DNA from: Beijerinckiaceae bacterium
GTDB taxonomy: Bacteria > Pseudomonadota > Alphaproteobacteria > Rhizobiales > Beijerinckiaceae
Length of the DNA stretch: 64,000 nucleotides
Assembly (NCBI GenBank): GCA_036265935.1
Contig: DATAOB010000002.1
Location: 1,055 to 65,054 of the forward strand
Direction: 5' to 3'
Made by a program: the position numbers and the translations under genes
Notes under the pieces: model-generated
What the model saw: only the letters and a program-made list of their open reading frames with translations
What the model was told of the DNA's origin: nothing
Databases searched by the model: none
Part shown: positions 21,365-30,273 of the stretch, piece by piece
Layout: each line of letters opens with the position of its first letter
Numbering within the stretch: the first letter of the stretch is position 1

Positions 21365-22411
21365 ATGTCCGCCCCGGCGGCCCCACCAAAACGGTACAGC
21401 CGTATCGGGCTCTACCTGCCGATCTTCGCAATGCTCGTGTTGGCGATCGGCTGGTCGATCTTCTGGTACATCGCCGCGACCATCACCGGGCGCGAGATCG
21501 GCGCCTGGATCAAGCGCGAGGCGGAGGACGGGCGCATCTGGACCTGCCCCGCCCGCAGGGTCGGCGGTTACCCTTTCCGCATCGAGATCACCTGCAACAA
21601 TCCGAGCTTTTCCGGCCCCGCCGCCGGGATTCCGGTGGTTGGCAAGCTCGGCGGCATCCACATTGTCGCGCAGATATACGATCCGAAACACATGATCGGC
21701 GAGGCCGACGGGCCCTTCGATTTCACACTAACGCAGGACGGCAGCCATACGAGCGTAAACTGGAAGCTGTTGCAGATCAGCGTGCGCGGCATTCGCGACG
21801 CGTTGCAACGCGCCTCGCTCGCCGCCGATCAGGTCGAGTTCACCGCGGGCGTTGCAAACGGCCGCAGCTTCAGCGGCCGCGCCGACAATCTCCAAATTCA
21901 TGTGCGACGCGGCACCGAGGAACAGCGTGCCTACGATTTCGCGTTGACGTCGACGAATACTGTGTCTGCCGGTCTCGACGACGCGACCGGAATTAGCGCG
22001 CCGGCGACGTTGCAGTTAATCGGAACCCTGACACAAGCCGAGGCGATCGGCGGCGGCACAATTCCGCAATTGCTCGAACGCTGGCGCACCGCCGGCGGCT
22101 CGCTGGTGTTGCAGAATGCGGCATTGCTGCAAGGCAGTCTCAACGCGCAAGGCACCGGCACTTTGCATATCGATCGCACGCACCGGCTCGAGGGACGCAT
22201 CGACCTTACCGCCTCGGGCCTGGCGCCGGTCCTGCAGCGCTACGGCATCGCGCCGCAACTCCTCGATATAGGCGGCCTGATCGGCGGATTGCTGACCGGC
22301 CGCGCGCCGCCGCACGGGCCGGGACAAATCCGTCTCCCGATCGTTTTCGACCGCGGTCAACTCGGGCTCGGCCCGCTTCGCGGCGTCGCGCAATTGGCGC
22401 CGCTCTACTGA
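21365..22411 (+). CDS. DUF2125-family membrane-anchored protein
   Basis: 348-aa ORF with an N-terminal TM (IGLYLPIFAMLVLAIGWSIFWYI) followed by GRIWTCPARRVGGYPFRIEITCNNP, as I recall for DUF2125. Confidence 0.6.
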   Translation: MSAPAAPPKRYSRIGLYLPIFAMLVLAIGWSIFWYIAATITGREIGAWIKREAEDGRIWTCPARRVGGYPFRIEITCNNPSFSGPAAGIPVVGKLGGIHIVAQIYDPKHMIGEADGPFDFTLTQDGSHTSVNWKLLQISVRGIRDALQRASLAADQVEFTAGVANGRSFSGRADNLQIHVRRGTEEQRAYDFALTSTNTVSAGLDDATGISAPATLQLIGTLTQAEAIGGGTIPQLLERWRTAGGSLVLQNAALLQGSLNAQGTGTLHIDRTHRLEGRIDLTASGLAPVLQRYGIAPQLLDIGGLIGGLLTGRAPPHGPGQIRLPIVFDRGQLGLGPLRGVAQLAPLY

Positions 22412-23562
22412 TGCGCATCGCAATTCTCGGCGGCGGCCCCGCCGGACTCTACTTCGCATATCTGTGGAAGACGCGTCACCCGCGCGATGAGATCGAGCTG
22501 TTCGAGCAGAACGCCGCCGACGCCACTTTCGGCTTCGGCGTGGTCTTCTCCGAACGCGCGCTCGACTTTATGCGCGAGGACGATCCCGACACAGTCGACG
22601 CCATCATGCCGCATATGGAAACCTGGCGCGACATCAAGCTCGTTCATCGCGGCGAGGAGATCGTCATCGACGGCGTCGGTTTCTCGGCAATCGGCCGGCT
22701 GGCATTTTTGCAGCTCTTGCAGGATCGCGTGCAGCGCGCCGGTATTGCCCCTCATTATGGCAAGCAGGTCACCTCGATCGACGAGCTTGCCGTTTTCGAT
22801 CTCGTGATCGGCGCCGATGGCGTGAACTCGCTGCTTCGCCGCACCCTCGAGGGTGATTTCAGGACGTCCCTCACCTATCTCGACAACAAATTCATCTGGT
22901 ACGGCACGACGCAATCCTTCGACACGCTGACGCAGACGTTTGTGGAGACAGAGCTCGGCACCTTCAATGCGCACCACTACCGTTACGCCCCGGCGAGCAG
23001 CACGTTCATCATCGAGTGCGATCGCGCGACATGGCTGCGGGCGGGATTCGATACCCTGTCGCCTGATAAAACCCGCATACTGTTGCAGCGCGTTTTCGCC
23101 GAGTCGCTGCGCGGGCACGCGCTGACCTCGAACAAATCGACGTGGCGGAATTTTCCGTGGATCTGGAACGAGCGCTGGTCGTTCCGTAACATGGTGCTGG
23201 TCGGCGATGCGCTGCATACGGCGCATTTCTCGATCGGTTCCGGCACGCGGCTCGCGCTTGAGGATGTCATCGCGCTCGTCAAGGCGTTGGAGAGCGCGCC
23301 TGGCGATCTTGCCTCTGCGCTCGCCCTTTACGAAACGAGTCGCCGACCGATCGTCGAGAAGCTCGTGCGCGCCTCAAAGGCGAGCGCCGAGTGGTACGAG
23401 CATTTCCCCAGGCATATGCGGCTCGCGCCGCTCGATTTTGCGATGAGCTATATCGGCCGCTCGGGCCGCGTCGATCGCGACCGGTTGCGCGCCATGTCGC
23501 CGAATTTCATGGTGCGCTACGACGCCGCGCATCTTCAAAAGAAAGCGCCGCTTTCGCGATGA
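22411..23562 (+). CDS. FAD-dependent monooxygenase (aromatic-ring hydroxylase-like)
   Basis: 383-aa ORF with the dinucleotide fold MRIAILGGGPAGLYFA, GADGVNS, and GDALHTAHFSIGSGT. Its ATG overlaps the DUF2125 stop (TGATG). Confidence 0.65.
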   Translation: MRIAILGGGPAGLYFAYLWKTRHPRDEIELFEQNAADATFGFGVVFSERALDFMREDDPDTVDAIMPHMETWRDIKLVHRGEEIVIDGVGFSAIGRLAFLQLLQDRVQRAGIAPHYGKQVTSIDELAVFDLVIGADGVNSLLRRTLEGDFRTSLTYLDNKFIWYGTTQSFDTLTQTFVETELGTFNAHHYRYAPASSTFIIECDRATWLRAGFDTLSPDKTRILLQRVFAESLRGHALTSNKSTWRNFPWIWNERWSFRNMVLVGDALHTAHFSIGSGTRLALEDVIALVKALESAPGDLASALALYETSRRPIVEKLVRASKASAEWYEHFPRHMRLAPLDFAMSYIGRSGRVDRDRLRAMSPNFMVRYDAAHLQKKAPLSR

Positions 23563-23622
23563 AAGCGGCGCCCATCTGAGGAGGGGAGCGCTTAATCCGG
23601 CGCTCCGCTTCGGTTATAGCGA

Positions 23623-25293
23623 TCAGTCGTTCGCGTAGATATCGCGGTCCTTTGTCTCCGGGACGAAGAGCAGCCCGACGACGAAGGTCATCAGCGCGAT
23701 GACGATGGGATACCAGAGACCCTGGAAGATATTGCCGGTTGCCGCCACGATGGCAAAGGCAGTCGGTGGCAGGAAGCCACCGAACCAGCCGTTGCCGATG
23801 TGATAAGGCAGCGACATGCCGGTATAGCGGATACGCGTCGGGAACAGTTCGACGAGCATCGCGGCGATCGGCCCGTAGACCATCGTCACGTAGATGACGA
23901 GGACGAAGAGCAGCGCGATCTCGGTTAGCGACCGTGAATCGCTCAAGACGGCGCCGATACTCGGCGTCTTGAGGATCGTCGGATCGCCGGCCTTCGGGTA
24001 GCCGGCGGCCTGCGCCGCGGCGACGATCGCGTTGCCGTTGTTGTCGCTCGTCGCGGCATCGGTGCCGTTGACCTTGGCGGTCATCGGCGATCCTGCGGGC
24101 CCGTTGACGAGCTCGTAATGGATCGAATTGTTCGCCAGCGTGCGCCGCGCCACGTCGCATGGCGAGGTGAAGGTGCGCACACCGACGGGATCGAACAAAG
24201 TGCCGCAAGTGGCGGGATCGGCCGTGAGCACGACCTTTACCGTCTCCGTCGCCGTGATCAGCTTCGGATTTGCCGTCTTGGCGATCTGCCCGAACAGGGG
24301 AAAGTAGGTGATCGCGGCGATTAGGCACCCGGCAAGCAGGATCGGCTTGCGGCCGACCTTGTCCGACAGCCATCCGAACACGATGAAGAACGGCGTGCCG
24401 ATGAGCAGCGAAAATGCGATGAGCAGATTTGCCGTCGTGCCGTCGACCTTCAGCGTCTGGGTCAGGAAGAACAGCGCGTAGAACTGGCCGGTGTACCAGA
24501 CCACCGCCTGCCCTGCCGTTCCGCCGAGAAGCGCGAGGATCGCGACCTTGGCGTTGTCCCAGCGACCGAATGCTTCGGTCAGCGGCGCCTTGGAACGCGT
24601 TCCCTCCTCCTTCATGCGCTGGAAGGCCGGCGATTCAGCAAGCTGCAGCCGAATCCAGATCGAGAAGGCGAGCAGGATGATCGACAACAGGAACGGAATG
24701 CGCCAGCCATACGAGGCAAAAGCCTCGGTCGACATGTTGAGGCGCAGCACCAGGATGACGATCAGCGACAGGAACAGACCGACCGTCGCGGTCGTCTGAA
24801 TCCACGATGTATAGAAGCCGCGGCGTCCCTGCGGCGAGTGTTCTGCGACGTAGGTCGCGGCACCCCCGTATTCGCCGCCGAGCGCCAAGCCCTGCAGAAG
24901 CCGGCAGGCGATGAACGCAACCGGCGCCGCATAGCCGATCGATTGATAGCCGGGCAAGAGACCGACGATGAACGTCGCAAGACCCATGATCGTCATCGTC
25001 ACGAGGAAGGTGTATTTGCGGCCGATCAGATCGCCGAGACGACCGAAGAACAACGCGCCGAACGGGCGCACCGCGAAGCCGGCGGCAAATCCGAACAACA
25101 CGAAGATGAATTTCGCCGTGTCGTTCGTGCCGGGCACGAAATTCTGGCTGATATTCGCGGCGAGCGAACCGGCCAGATAAAAATCATACCATTCGAAAAC
25201 CGTACCCGCGGACGAGGCAACGATGACCTTGCGTTCCTCCGCCGTCATGCGGCGCGTCTCAGGAATCATTCCTGGTGTTGCTGCGATGCTCAT
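23623..25293 (-). CDS. MFS transporter, metabolite:H+ symporter (MHS) family, with a ~120-aa inserted loop domain
   Basis: 556-aa ORF with FEWYDFYLAGSLA, GRLGDLIGRK, and 12 predicted TM segments. The insert spans residues ~337-455. Confidence 0.8.
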   Translation of the reverse strand: MSIAATPGMIPETRRMTAEERKVIVASSAGTVFEWYDFYLAGSLAANISQNFVPGTNDTAKFIFVLFGFAAGFAVRPFGALFFGRLGDLIGRKYTFLVTMTIMGLATFIVGLLPGYQSIGYAAPVAFIACRLLQGLALGGEYGGAATYVAEHSPQGRRGFYTSWIQTTATVGLFLSLIVILVLRLNMSTEAFASYGWRIPFLLSIILLAFSIWIRLQLAESPAFQRMKEEGTRSKAPLTEAFGRWDNAKVAILALLGGTAGQAVVWYTGQFYALFFLTQTLKVDGTTANLLIAFSLLIGTPFFIVFGWLSDKVGRKPILLAGCLIAAITYFPLFGQIAKTANPKLITATETVKVVLTADPATCGTLFDPVGVRTFTSPCDVARRTLANNSIHYELVNGPAGSPMTAKVNGTDAATSDNNGNAIVAAAQAAGYPKAGDPTILKTPSIGAVLSDSRSLTEIALLFVLVIYVTMVYGPIAAMLVELFPTRIRYTGMSLPYHIGNGWFGGFLPPTAFAIVAATGNIFQGLWYPIVIALMTFVVGLLFVPETKDRDIYAND

Positions 25294-25528
25294 GATGAAG
25301 ACACCCCCGGCTTCTTAACGAGGCAAGAGCAGGCCCATGAGCCTGCTCCCGCCGTCCCTTGATCCTTTAGTCATGAAGGTGGTCGCCCAGCCTCCCGTGC
25401 CCAGCCGCGATTGGCAGCCGCCGCGCTCTTTTAACGAACGTCTCTTTACCCGTCCGCCTCAATCGGCTTGCCGGTCTTTACGTTTGGTATACTACTGTCG
25501 AGGCGGCAGCTCAGTCGACGGGATCAGC

Positions 25529-25960
25529 ATGGAACCTTCGTCTACAGCCTTTCGTCGGGCAGTCGCGCTGTTAACCATAGCGGCATCGCTTTCACTGGCG
25601 TCCTCCGCGGCTTGTGCGGGGCGGGGCGTCGTCAGCATGGGGCGTGTACAGGCGATCCGCGCCGCATGTCGTTCGCCGCGAGCTCGTGAATCGCCATGCG
25701 ATCGTCACGAATCATCGCCGGGCCCACGATCGTTTCAATCGGCACCATCGGTTCGGAGAACGTTCGCTGCCCTATGCGCCGTATTTGGTGGATACCGGCG
25801 AGCCGCCGCACCGGTCTTTGCCGATGGCGATGACGTTGGGGCGCAGGTCATGCCGTACGAGCGCCCGGTCTGTGTGCGGCCGCTGATCACACAAATAAAG
25901 CAGGTGCGCCACGCCGGGCACTTGCCGCGCGTGATTTACGGGCGCCCTCCCATCTGCTGA
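25529..25960 (+). CDS. possible secreted protein gene (doubtful, frame mosaic)
   Basis: Met65 of ORF 25337..25960 gives a signal-peptide-like MEPSSTAFRRAVALLTIAASLSLASSAACA. An extended -10 TGgTATACT sits at 25485-25493. The middle of the ORF looks non-coding-like. See findings. Confidence 0.25.
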   Translation: MEPSSTAFRRAVALLTIAASLSLASSAACAGRGVVSMGRVQAIRAACRSPRARESPCDRHESSPGPRSFQSAPSVRRTFAALCAVFGGYRRAAAPVFADGDDVGAQVMPYERPVCVRPLITQIKQVRHAGHLPRVIYGRPPIC

Positions 25961-26781
25961 CGTAGTGCGCCGCTGACGAGCGCCAGCGCGATTGCGCAGG
26001 CGTTCGACACGTTAAGGCTTTTTACGGGCCCCGGCAGATCGAGCCGCGCCAGTACATCGCATTTCTCCCGTGTGAGGCGGCGCAATCCCTGACCTTCGGC
26101 GCCGAGCACAAGGGCGAGCGGAGTCGAGAGGGCAATCGCCTCGAGCGGCTTCGGGGCTTCGGAATCGAGACCGACTCGCGAGAAGCCGTACTCACCAAGC
26201 GTATCCAATGCGCGCGCGAGATTGGTCACATTGATCAGCGGAACATATTCGAGCCCGCCCGAGGCGGCTTTGGCGAGGACGCCCGAAATCTGCGGGGAGC
26301 GGCGGTGCGTGGTGATCAGCGCCTCGACGCCAAACGCGGCGGCGGTGCGAACGATCGCACCGAAATTGTGCGGATCGGTGACCTGATCGAGCACGAGGAC
26401 GATTCCGCCGGATTGGGCGAGGTCGGAAATGTCGCCGGCTTCGAGCGCGCCGGCTTCAAGAAGCACGCCCTGATGCACGGCCTGCGCGCCGAGCCGTACC
26501 GACAGGTCCTGCGACGTGACAAGATTTACCGGCACGCGCGCCGCGGCAATCTCGGTTGACAGGCGATCGGCCGCCTCCTTCGTCGCATGGAGCCGCACCA
26601 GTCGACGGCGGCCGACACGTAGCGCTTCCCGCACCGGATGCAAGCCGTAGACGAAGGTGAGATGCGGATCGACGCGCGCGGCGGCGGATTCGTGGGCGCG
26701 CCCGCGCGGGTTCCGCGCGACTCGCTCCGCGTCTTTCGTCTCAAGGCGGGGCGGACGGGGACCGCGCCGATCGCTGCGCAT
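25936..26781 (-). CDS. rlmB: 23S rRNA (guanosine-2'-O-)-methyltransferase, SpoU/TrmH family (RlmB-like)
   Basis: ORF 25936..26961, start taken at Met61. Motifs VLDQVTDPHNFGAIVRTAAAFG and LVLGAEGQGLR, plus the SLNVSNA knot region. Confidence 0.85.
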   Translation of the reverse strand: MRSDRRGPRPPRLETKDAERVARNPRGRAHESAAARVDPHLTFVYGLHPVREALRVGRRRLVRLHATKEAADRLSTEIAAARVPVNLVTSQDLSVRLGAQAVHQGVLLEAGALEAGDISDLAQSGGIVLVLDQVTDPHNFGAIVRTAAAFGVEALITTHRRSPQISGVLAKAASGGLEYVPLINVTNLARALDTLGEYGFSRVGLDSEAPKPLEAIALSTPLALVLGAEGQGLRRLTREKCDVLARLDLPGPVKSLNVSNACAIALALVSGALRQQMGGRP

Positions 26782-26939
26782 TTTCTGATTCCTCCAAGCC
26801 GTTCCCTCCCACGCGAGGTGCCGTCGGGCAATGCCGGCGCGGCAGGTGCCGGGGTTGACAGGCCGGGAGGGCCTTTCGCATATGCCGGGCCTGCGCAGCC
26901 GGCTCATGCAGCGGTGGCGCGCGGCCTTGCGCCGCGGAT

Positions 26940-27024
26940 GGGGGAATGTCCCGAGCGGCAAAGGGGGCGGACTGTAAATCCGCTGGCTAAGCCTTCGTAG
27001 GTTCGAGTCCTACTTCCCCCACCA
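26940..27024 (+). tRNA. tRNA-Tyr (anticodon GTA)
   Basis: Acceptor stem GGGGGAA/TTCCCCC. Anticodon stem GCGGA/TCCGC with loop CTGTAAA. Long variable arm. T-arm GTAGG-TTCGAGT-CCTAC. Encoded 3' ACCA. Confidence 0.9.
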
Positions 27025-27295
27025 AACTGCCCGGTTCGTCGTTGCACGGGTGTCGTTCGTCAACGGCGTTCGTTACACCCAGCGCATATCCGTGGCAGCG
27101 GGGCGGCGCCGCAGTCTAAAGACTTTGCGGTGCGGGCTTCAGGTCGCCGGCGGCGCGGGGTGCCTCCCCGCGCATGTCCCGCGGCGAGCTCGGCGCGCGG
27201 CAGATGCTCGACTTTCAGCTCATCGGGCGAACCATGGCGCGGCAGACAATCGCGCGGTAAGTTGCATTCTGATGCATGCGGCGATGTTGCGCGCC

Positions 27296-27685
27296 TCAGG
27301 CTTTGGTGAACATCGGCAGTGGATATCCTTCCGCACTGTCTTTGAACACGAGCTTTACCGGCATGCCGACGCGGATGTCTTCGAAAGCGCAATCGACGAT
27401 ATTGGTCATCATTGTCGTGCCTTCGCTAAGCCTAACATAGGCGATCGCGTAGGGCACCTTGGCGCGCCGCATGATCGAATAGGAATAGACCTCGCCAGTC
27501 CCTTTCGCCGCGTGCATCTCGATCGATGTGCTGGCGCAATGCGGGCAGACGCGGCGTGGATACCAATGGAAACGTCCGCAAGACGTGCATTTTGGCAGGA
27601 GCAGCCGGCCTCGCGCCGCGGCTTCCCAAAACACCTTCGTCTCCGGGTTGGCTATTCTGGCAAGTGCGTCCTCTTTTACGGCCAT
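27296..27685 (-). CDS. DUF35 OB-fold / zinc-ribbon protein (thiolase partner)
   Basis: The last 129 aa of ORF 27296..27964. Zn ribbon CTSCGRFHWYPRRVCPHC. ATG lies 2 nt after the thiolase-like stop. Confidence 0.8.
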   Translation of the reverse strand: MAVKEDALARIANPETKVFWEAAARGRLLLPKCTSCGRFHWYPRRVCPHCASTSIEMHAAKGTGEVYSYSIMRRAKVPYAIAYVRLSEGTTMMTNIVDCAFEDIRVGMPVKLVFKDSAEGYPLPMFTKA

Positions 27686-27687
27686 CG

Positions 27688-28857
27688 CTATTCGCGCTCC
27701 AGGATCAGTGTCGCATTGGCGTGCCGCGTTCCGAGAGAGCCGCCGGTGCCTTGCGCCAATGCAAGCCGGCAGTCGGGCACTTGCACCTTGGGATGCGCCT
27801 CGCCGCGCAGCTGCCGCACCGCTTCGATGATTTTCGTCATGCCGCCGCGATTGGCGGGATGATTGTTGCAGAGGCCGCCGCCATCGGTGTTGAAGGGCAG
27901 CTTGCCGGTGCCGGAAATGAGATTGCCGTCGGCGACGAAACGGCCGCCCTGACCTTTCTCGCAAAAGCCGAGGTCTTCGAGCTGAATGAGCACGGTGATG
28001 GTGAAACTGTCGTAGATGGAGGCGTATTGAATGTCGCTCGGCTTGACCCCGGCTTCTTGGAACGCCGCCGCCCCAGAACGCGCGGCGCCGGTATAGGTGA
28101 GATCGACATCGCCACCGAGCTGGCCTTTGACCGATTCACCTGCGCCAATGAGTTTCACCAGCGGCCGTTTCAATGAGCGCGCGATTTCGGGTCGTACGAC
28201 TATGACTGCGCCGCCGCCGTCGCTTATGACGCAGCAATCGAGCCGGTGCAGCGGGTCGGCAATGATCGGCGAATTGAGAACATCGTCGACCGTGACCACA
28301 TCCCTCAGCATCGCGTTCGGATTGTATTGCGCATGGTGCGAAGCGGCGACCTTGATCCAGGCAAGCTGCTCGGACGTGGTGCCGAACTCATGCATGTGAC
28401 GCCGCGCGACCATCCCGTACATGTTGGCAAGCGCCGGCCCGAACGGGCTCTCGAAAGCCGTATCCGGCTGATTGGGATTGAGCGGGCGCACAGCCGTGCC
28501 GGTCGCCTGGCCTTCGCTGCGTGGCCGGCCGGCGAGCGTCACCAGCGCGACGTCGCATTTGCCGGCGGCGATCGCCTGCGCCGCATGCGCGACATGGATG
28601 AGGTAAGAGGTGCCCCCGGTATCGGTCGCGTCGACGTGCCGAACTTTTAAGTTCAGATAATCGACCATAGACATCGGCCCCATGCCGGGGGCGTCGCCCG
28701 CGCAAAAATAACCCTCGACGTCGCGGATCGACAGCCCCGCATCGGCGAGCGCGCCGAGCGCCACTTCGGCATGGAGCTGCGCCAGGCTCGAATCTGGCGC
28801 CTTGCGCGTCGGATGCTCATAGGCGCCGGCGATATATGCCTGGCCTTTGATGCTCAT
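27688..28857 (-). CDS. thiolase-like protein (SCP-x / nonspecific lipid-transfer type)
   Basis: 389-aa ORF of thiolase-fold length. C-terminal motifs NTDGGGL and GSLGTRHA fit SCP2-type thiolases. Confidence 0.8.
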   Translation of the reverse strand: MSIKGQAYIAGAYEHPTRKAPDSSLAQLHAEVALGALADAGLSIRDVEGYFCAGDAPGMGPMSMVDYLNLKVRHVDATDTGGTSYLIHVAHAAQAIAAGKCDVALVTLAGRPRSEGQATGTAVRPLNPNQPDTAFESPFGPALANMYGMVARRHMHEFGTTSEQLAWIKVAASHHAQYNPNAMLRDVVTVDDVLNSPIIADPLHRLDCCVISDGGGAVIVVRPEIARSLKRPLVKLIGAGESVKGQLGGDVDLTYTGAARSGAAAFQEAGVKPSDIQYASIYDSFTITVLIQLEDLGFCEKGQGGRFVADGNLISGTGKLPFNTDGGGLCNNHPANRGGMTKIIEAVRQLRGEAHPKVQVPDCRLALAQGTGGSLGTRHANATLILERE

Positions 28858-28875
28858 GCGCTTCTCTCCGGCAAT

Positions 28876-30045
28876 TCAGTACGAGCGTGGCAGGTCAAGA
28901 ACATGCTCGGCGATGTAGCTCAGGATCAAATTGGTCGAGATCGGCGCGACCTGATAGAGCCGCGTTTCGCGGAACTTGCGCTCGATGTTGTATTCCTCGG
29001 CGAAGCCGAAGCCGCCATGCGTCTGCACGCAGACGTTTGCTGCCTCCCACGAGGCGTCCGCCGCGAGCATCTTGGCCATATTCGCCTCCGCCCCGCAATC
29101 GAGCGCCGCCTCGTAGCGCGAAAGCGCGTCATGCACCATCAGCTCCGCGGCGCGCATTTTCGCATAAGCCTGCGCGATCGGGAATTGTATGCCCTGGTTC
29201 TGGCCGATGGCGCGTCCGAAGACGTGGCGCTCGCGCGCGTAATCCCGCGCCTTTTCGATGAACCATTTGGCGTCGCCAATGCATTCCGCCGCGATCAGAA
29301 TGCGCTCGGCATTCATGCCGGATAGAATATAGCGAAAGCCCTTGCCCTCCTCGCCAATGCGGTTCTCCGCCGGAATGCGCATGTTCTCGAAAAACACTTC
29401 GCACGAATTGTGATTCATCATCGTGCGGATCGGACGGACGGTGAGCCCATTGTTCAAGGCCTCGCGCATATTGACAAGAAAGGTGGAAAGCCCCTCGGTT
29501 TTCTTGCGCACCTGGTCGCGCGGAGTCGTGCGCGCCAGCAGCACCATCAAGTCGGAATGCTCGGCGCGGCTCGTCCAGATCTTTTGGCCGTTGACGACGT
29601 ATTCGTTGCCCTCGCGCTTGGCGAAGGTCCGCAACGACGTCGTATCGGTGCCGCTCGTCGGCTCGGTGACGCCGAACGCCTGCAGGCGGAGCTCGCCCGT
29701 TGCGATTTTGGGCAAATACGTGGCCTTTTGTGCCGGCGAGCCGTGCCGCAGCACCGTCCCCATCGTGTAAAGCTGGGCGTGGCAGGCGGCGCCGTTGCAG
29801 CCGCTCGCCTGGATGGTCTCCAGGATTGCCGCCGCAGCCGAGAGGCCAAGCCCCGAGCCGCCGAATTCTTCCGGTATCAGAACCGAGAGGAAGCCCGACT
29901 TCGTCAGCTCGGTCACGAATTCGGTGGGATAGGCCCGCCGCGTATCGAGATCGCGCCAATAGGCGCCCGGATATTTCGAGCAGAGCTTGCGCACCTCCTC
30001 GCGTATCTCGGCGTGATCCTCGGTAAACGGCTGATGACCGGTCAT
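28876..30045 (-). CDS. acyl-CoA dehydrogenase
   Basis: 389-aa ORF with FGVTEPTSGTD, GQKIWTS, and the C-terminal QTHGGFGFAEEYNIERKFRE. Confidence 0.88.
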   Translation of the reverse strand: MTGHQPFTEDHAEIREEVRKLCSKYPGAYWRDLDTRRAYPTEFVTELTKSGFLSVLIPEEFGGSGLGLSAAAAILETIQASGCNGAACHAQLYTMGTVLRHGSPAQKATYLPKIATGELRLQAFGVTEPTSGTDTTSLRTFAKREGNEYVVNGQKIWTSRAEHSDLMVLLARTTPRDQVRKKTEGLSTFLVNMREALNNGLTVRPIRTMMNHNSCEVFFENMRIPAENRIGEEGKGFRYILSGMNAERILIAAECIGDAKWFIEKARDYARERHVFGRAIGQNQGIQFPIAQAYAKMRAAELMVHDALSRYEAALDCGAEANMAKMLAADASWEAANVCVQTHGGFGFAEEYNIERKFRETRLYQVAPISTNLILSYIAEHVLDLPRSY

Positions 30046-30222
30046 GGACGCCTTTCGGCTGGGCGAACCTGCGCTCGATCCTGGTTGTCGCGCGGGAGCG
30101 ACGATGCGGCAAGCGCGGACGAGAAAGATCGCTTATTGGACGCGCTTGATCCCTGACGCAACCGAAGGACGCGCAGGCGCAATGCGGCGACCGGAACTGT
30201 TGTCGAGCTTGACTCGTTGCCT

Positions 30223-30243
30223 CGATTATCCACCGAATAATCG
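30223..30243. promoter_or_regulatory. perfect 7-bp inverted repeat (candidate operator) in the divergent control region
   Basis: CGATTAT (30223-30229), spacer CCACCGA, ATAATCG (30237-30243). It lies 31 nt upstream of the Rieske alpha-subunit ATG. Confidence 0.35.
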
Positions 30244-30273
30244 CGAGCTAACGATAGAAACTAGCCTGAGGAA

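Noticed and set aside
30226-30234. TTATCCACC, an 8/9 match to the DnaA box, in the dioxygenase promoter region.
   Set aside because: It is a single isolated copy embedded in the 7-N7-7 palindrome, which explains the sequence better. Chance occurrence is plausible.
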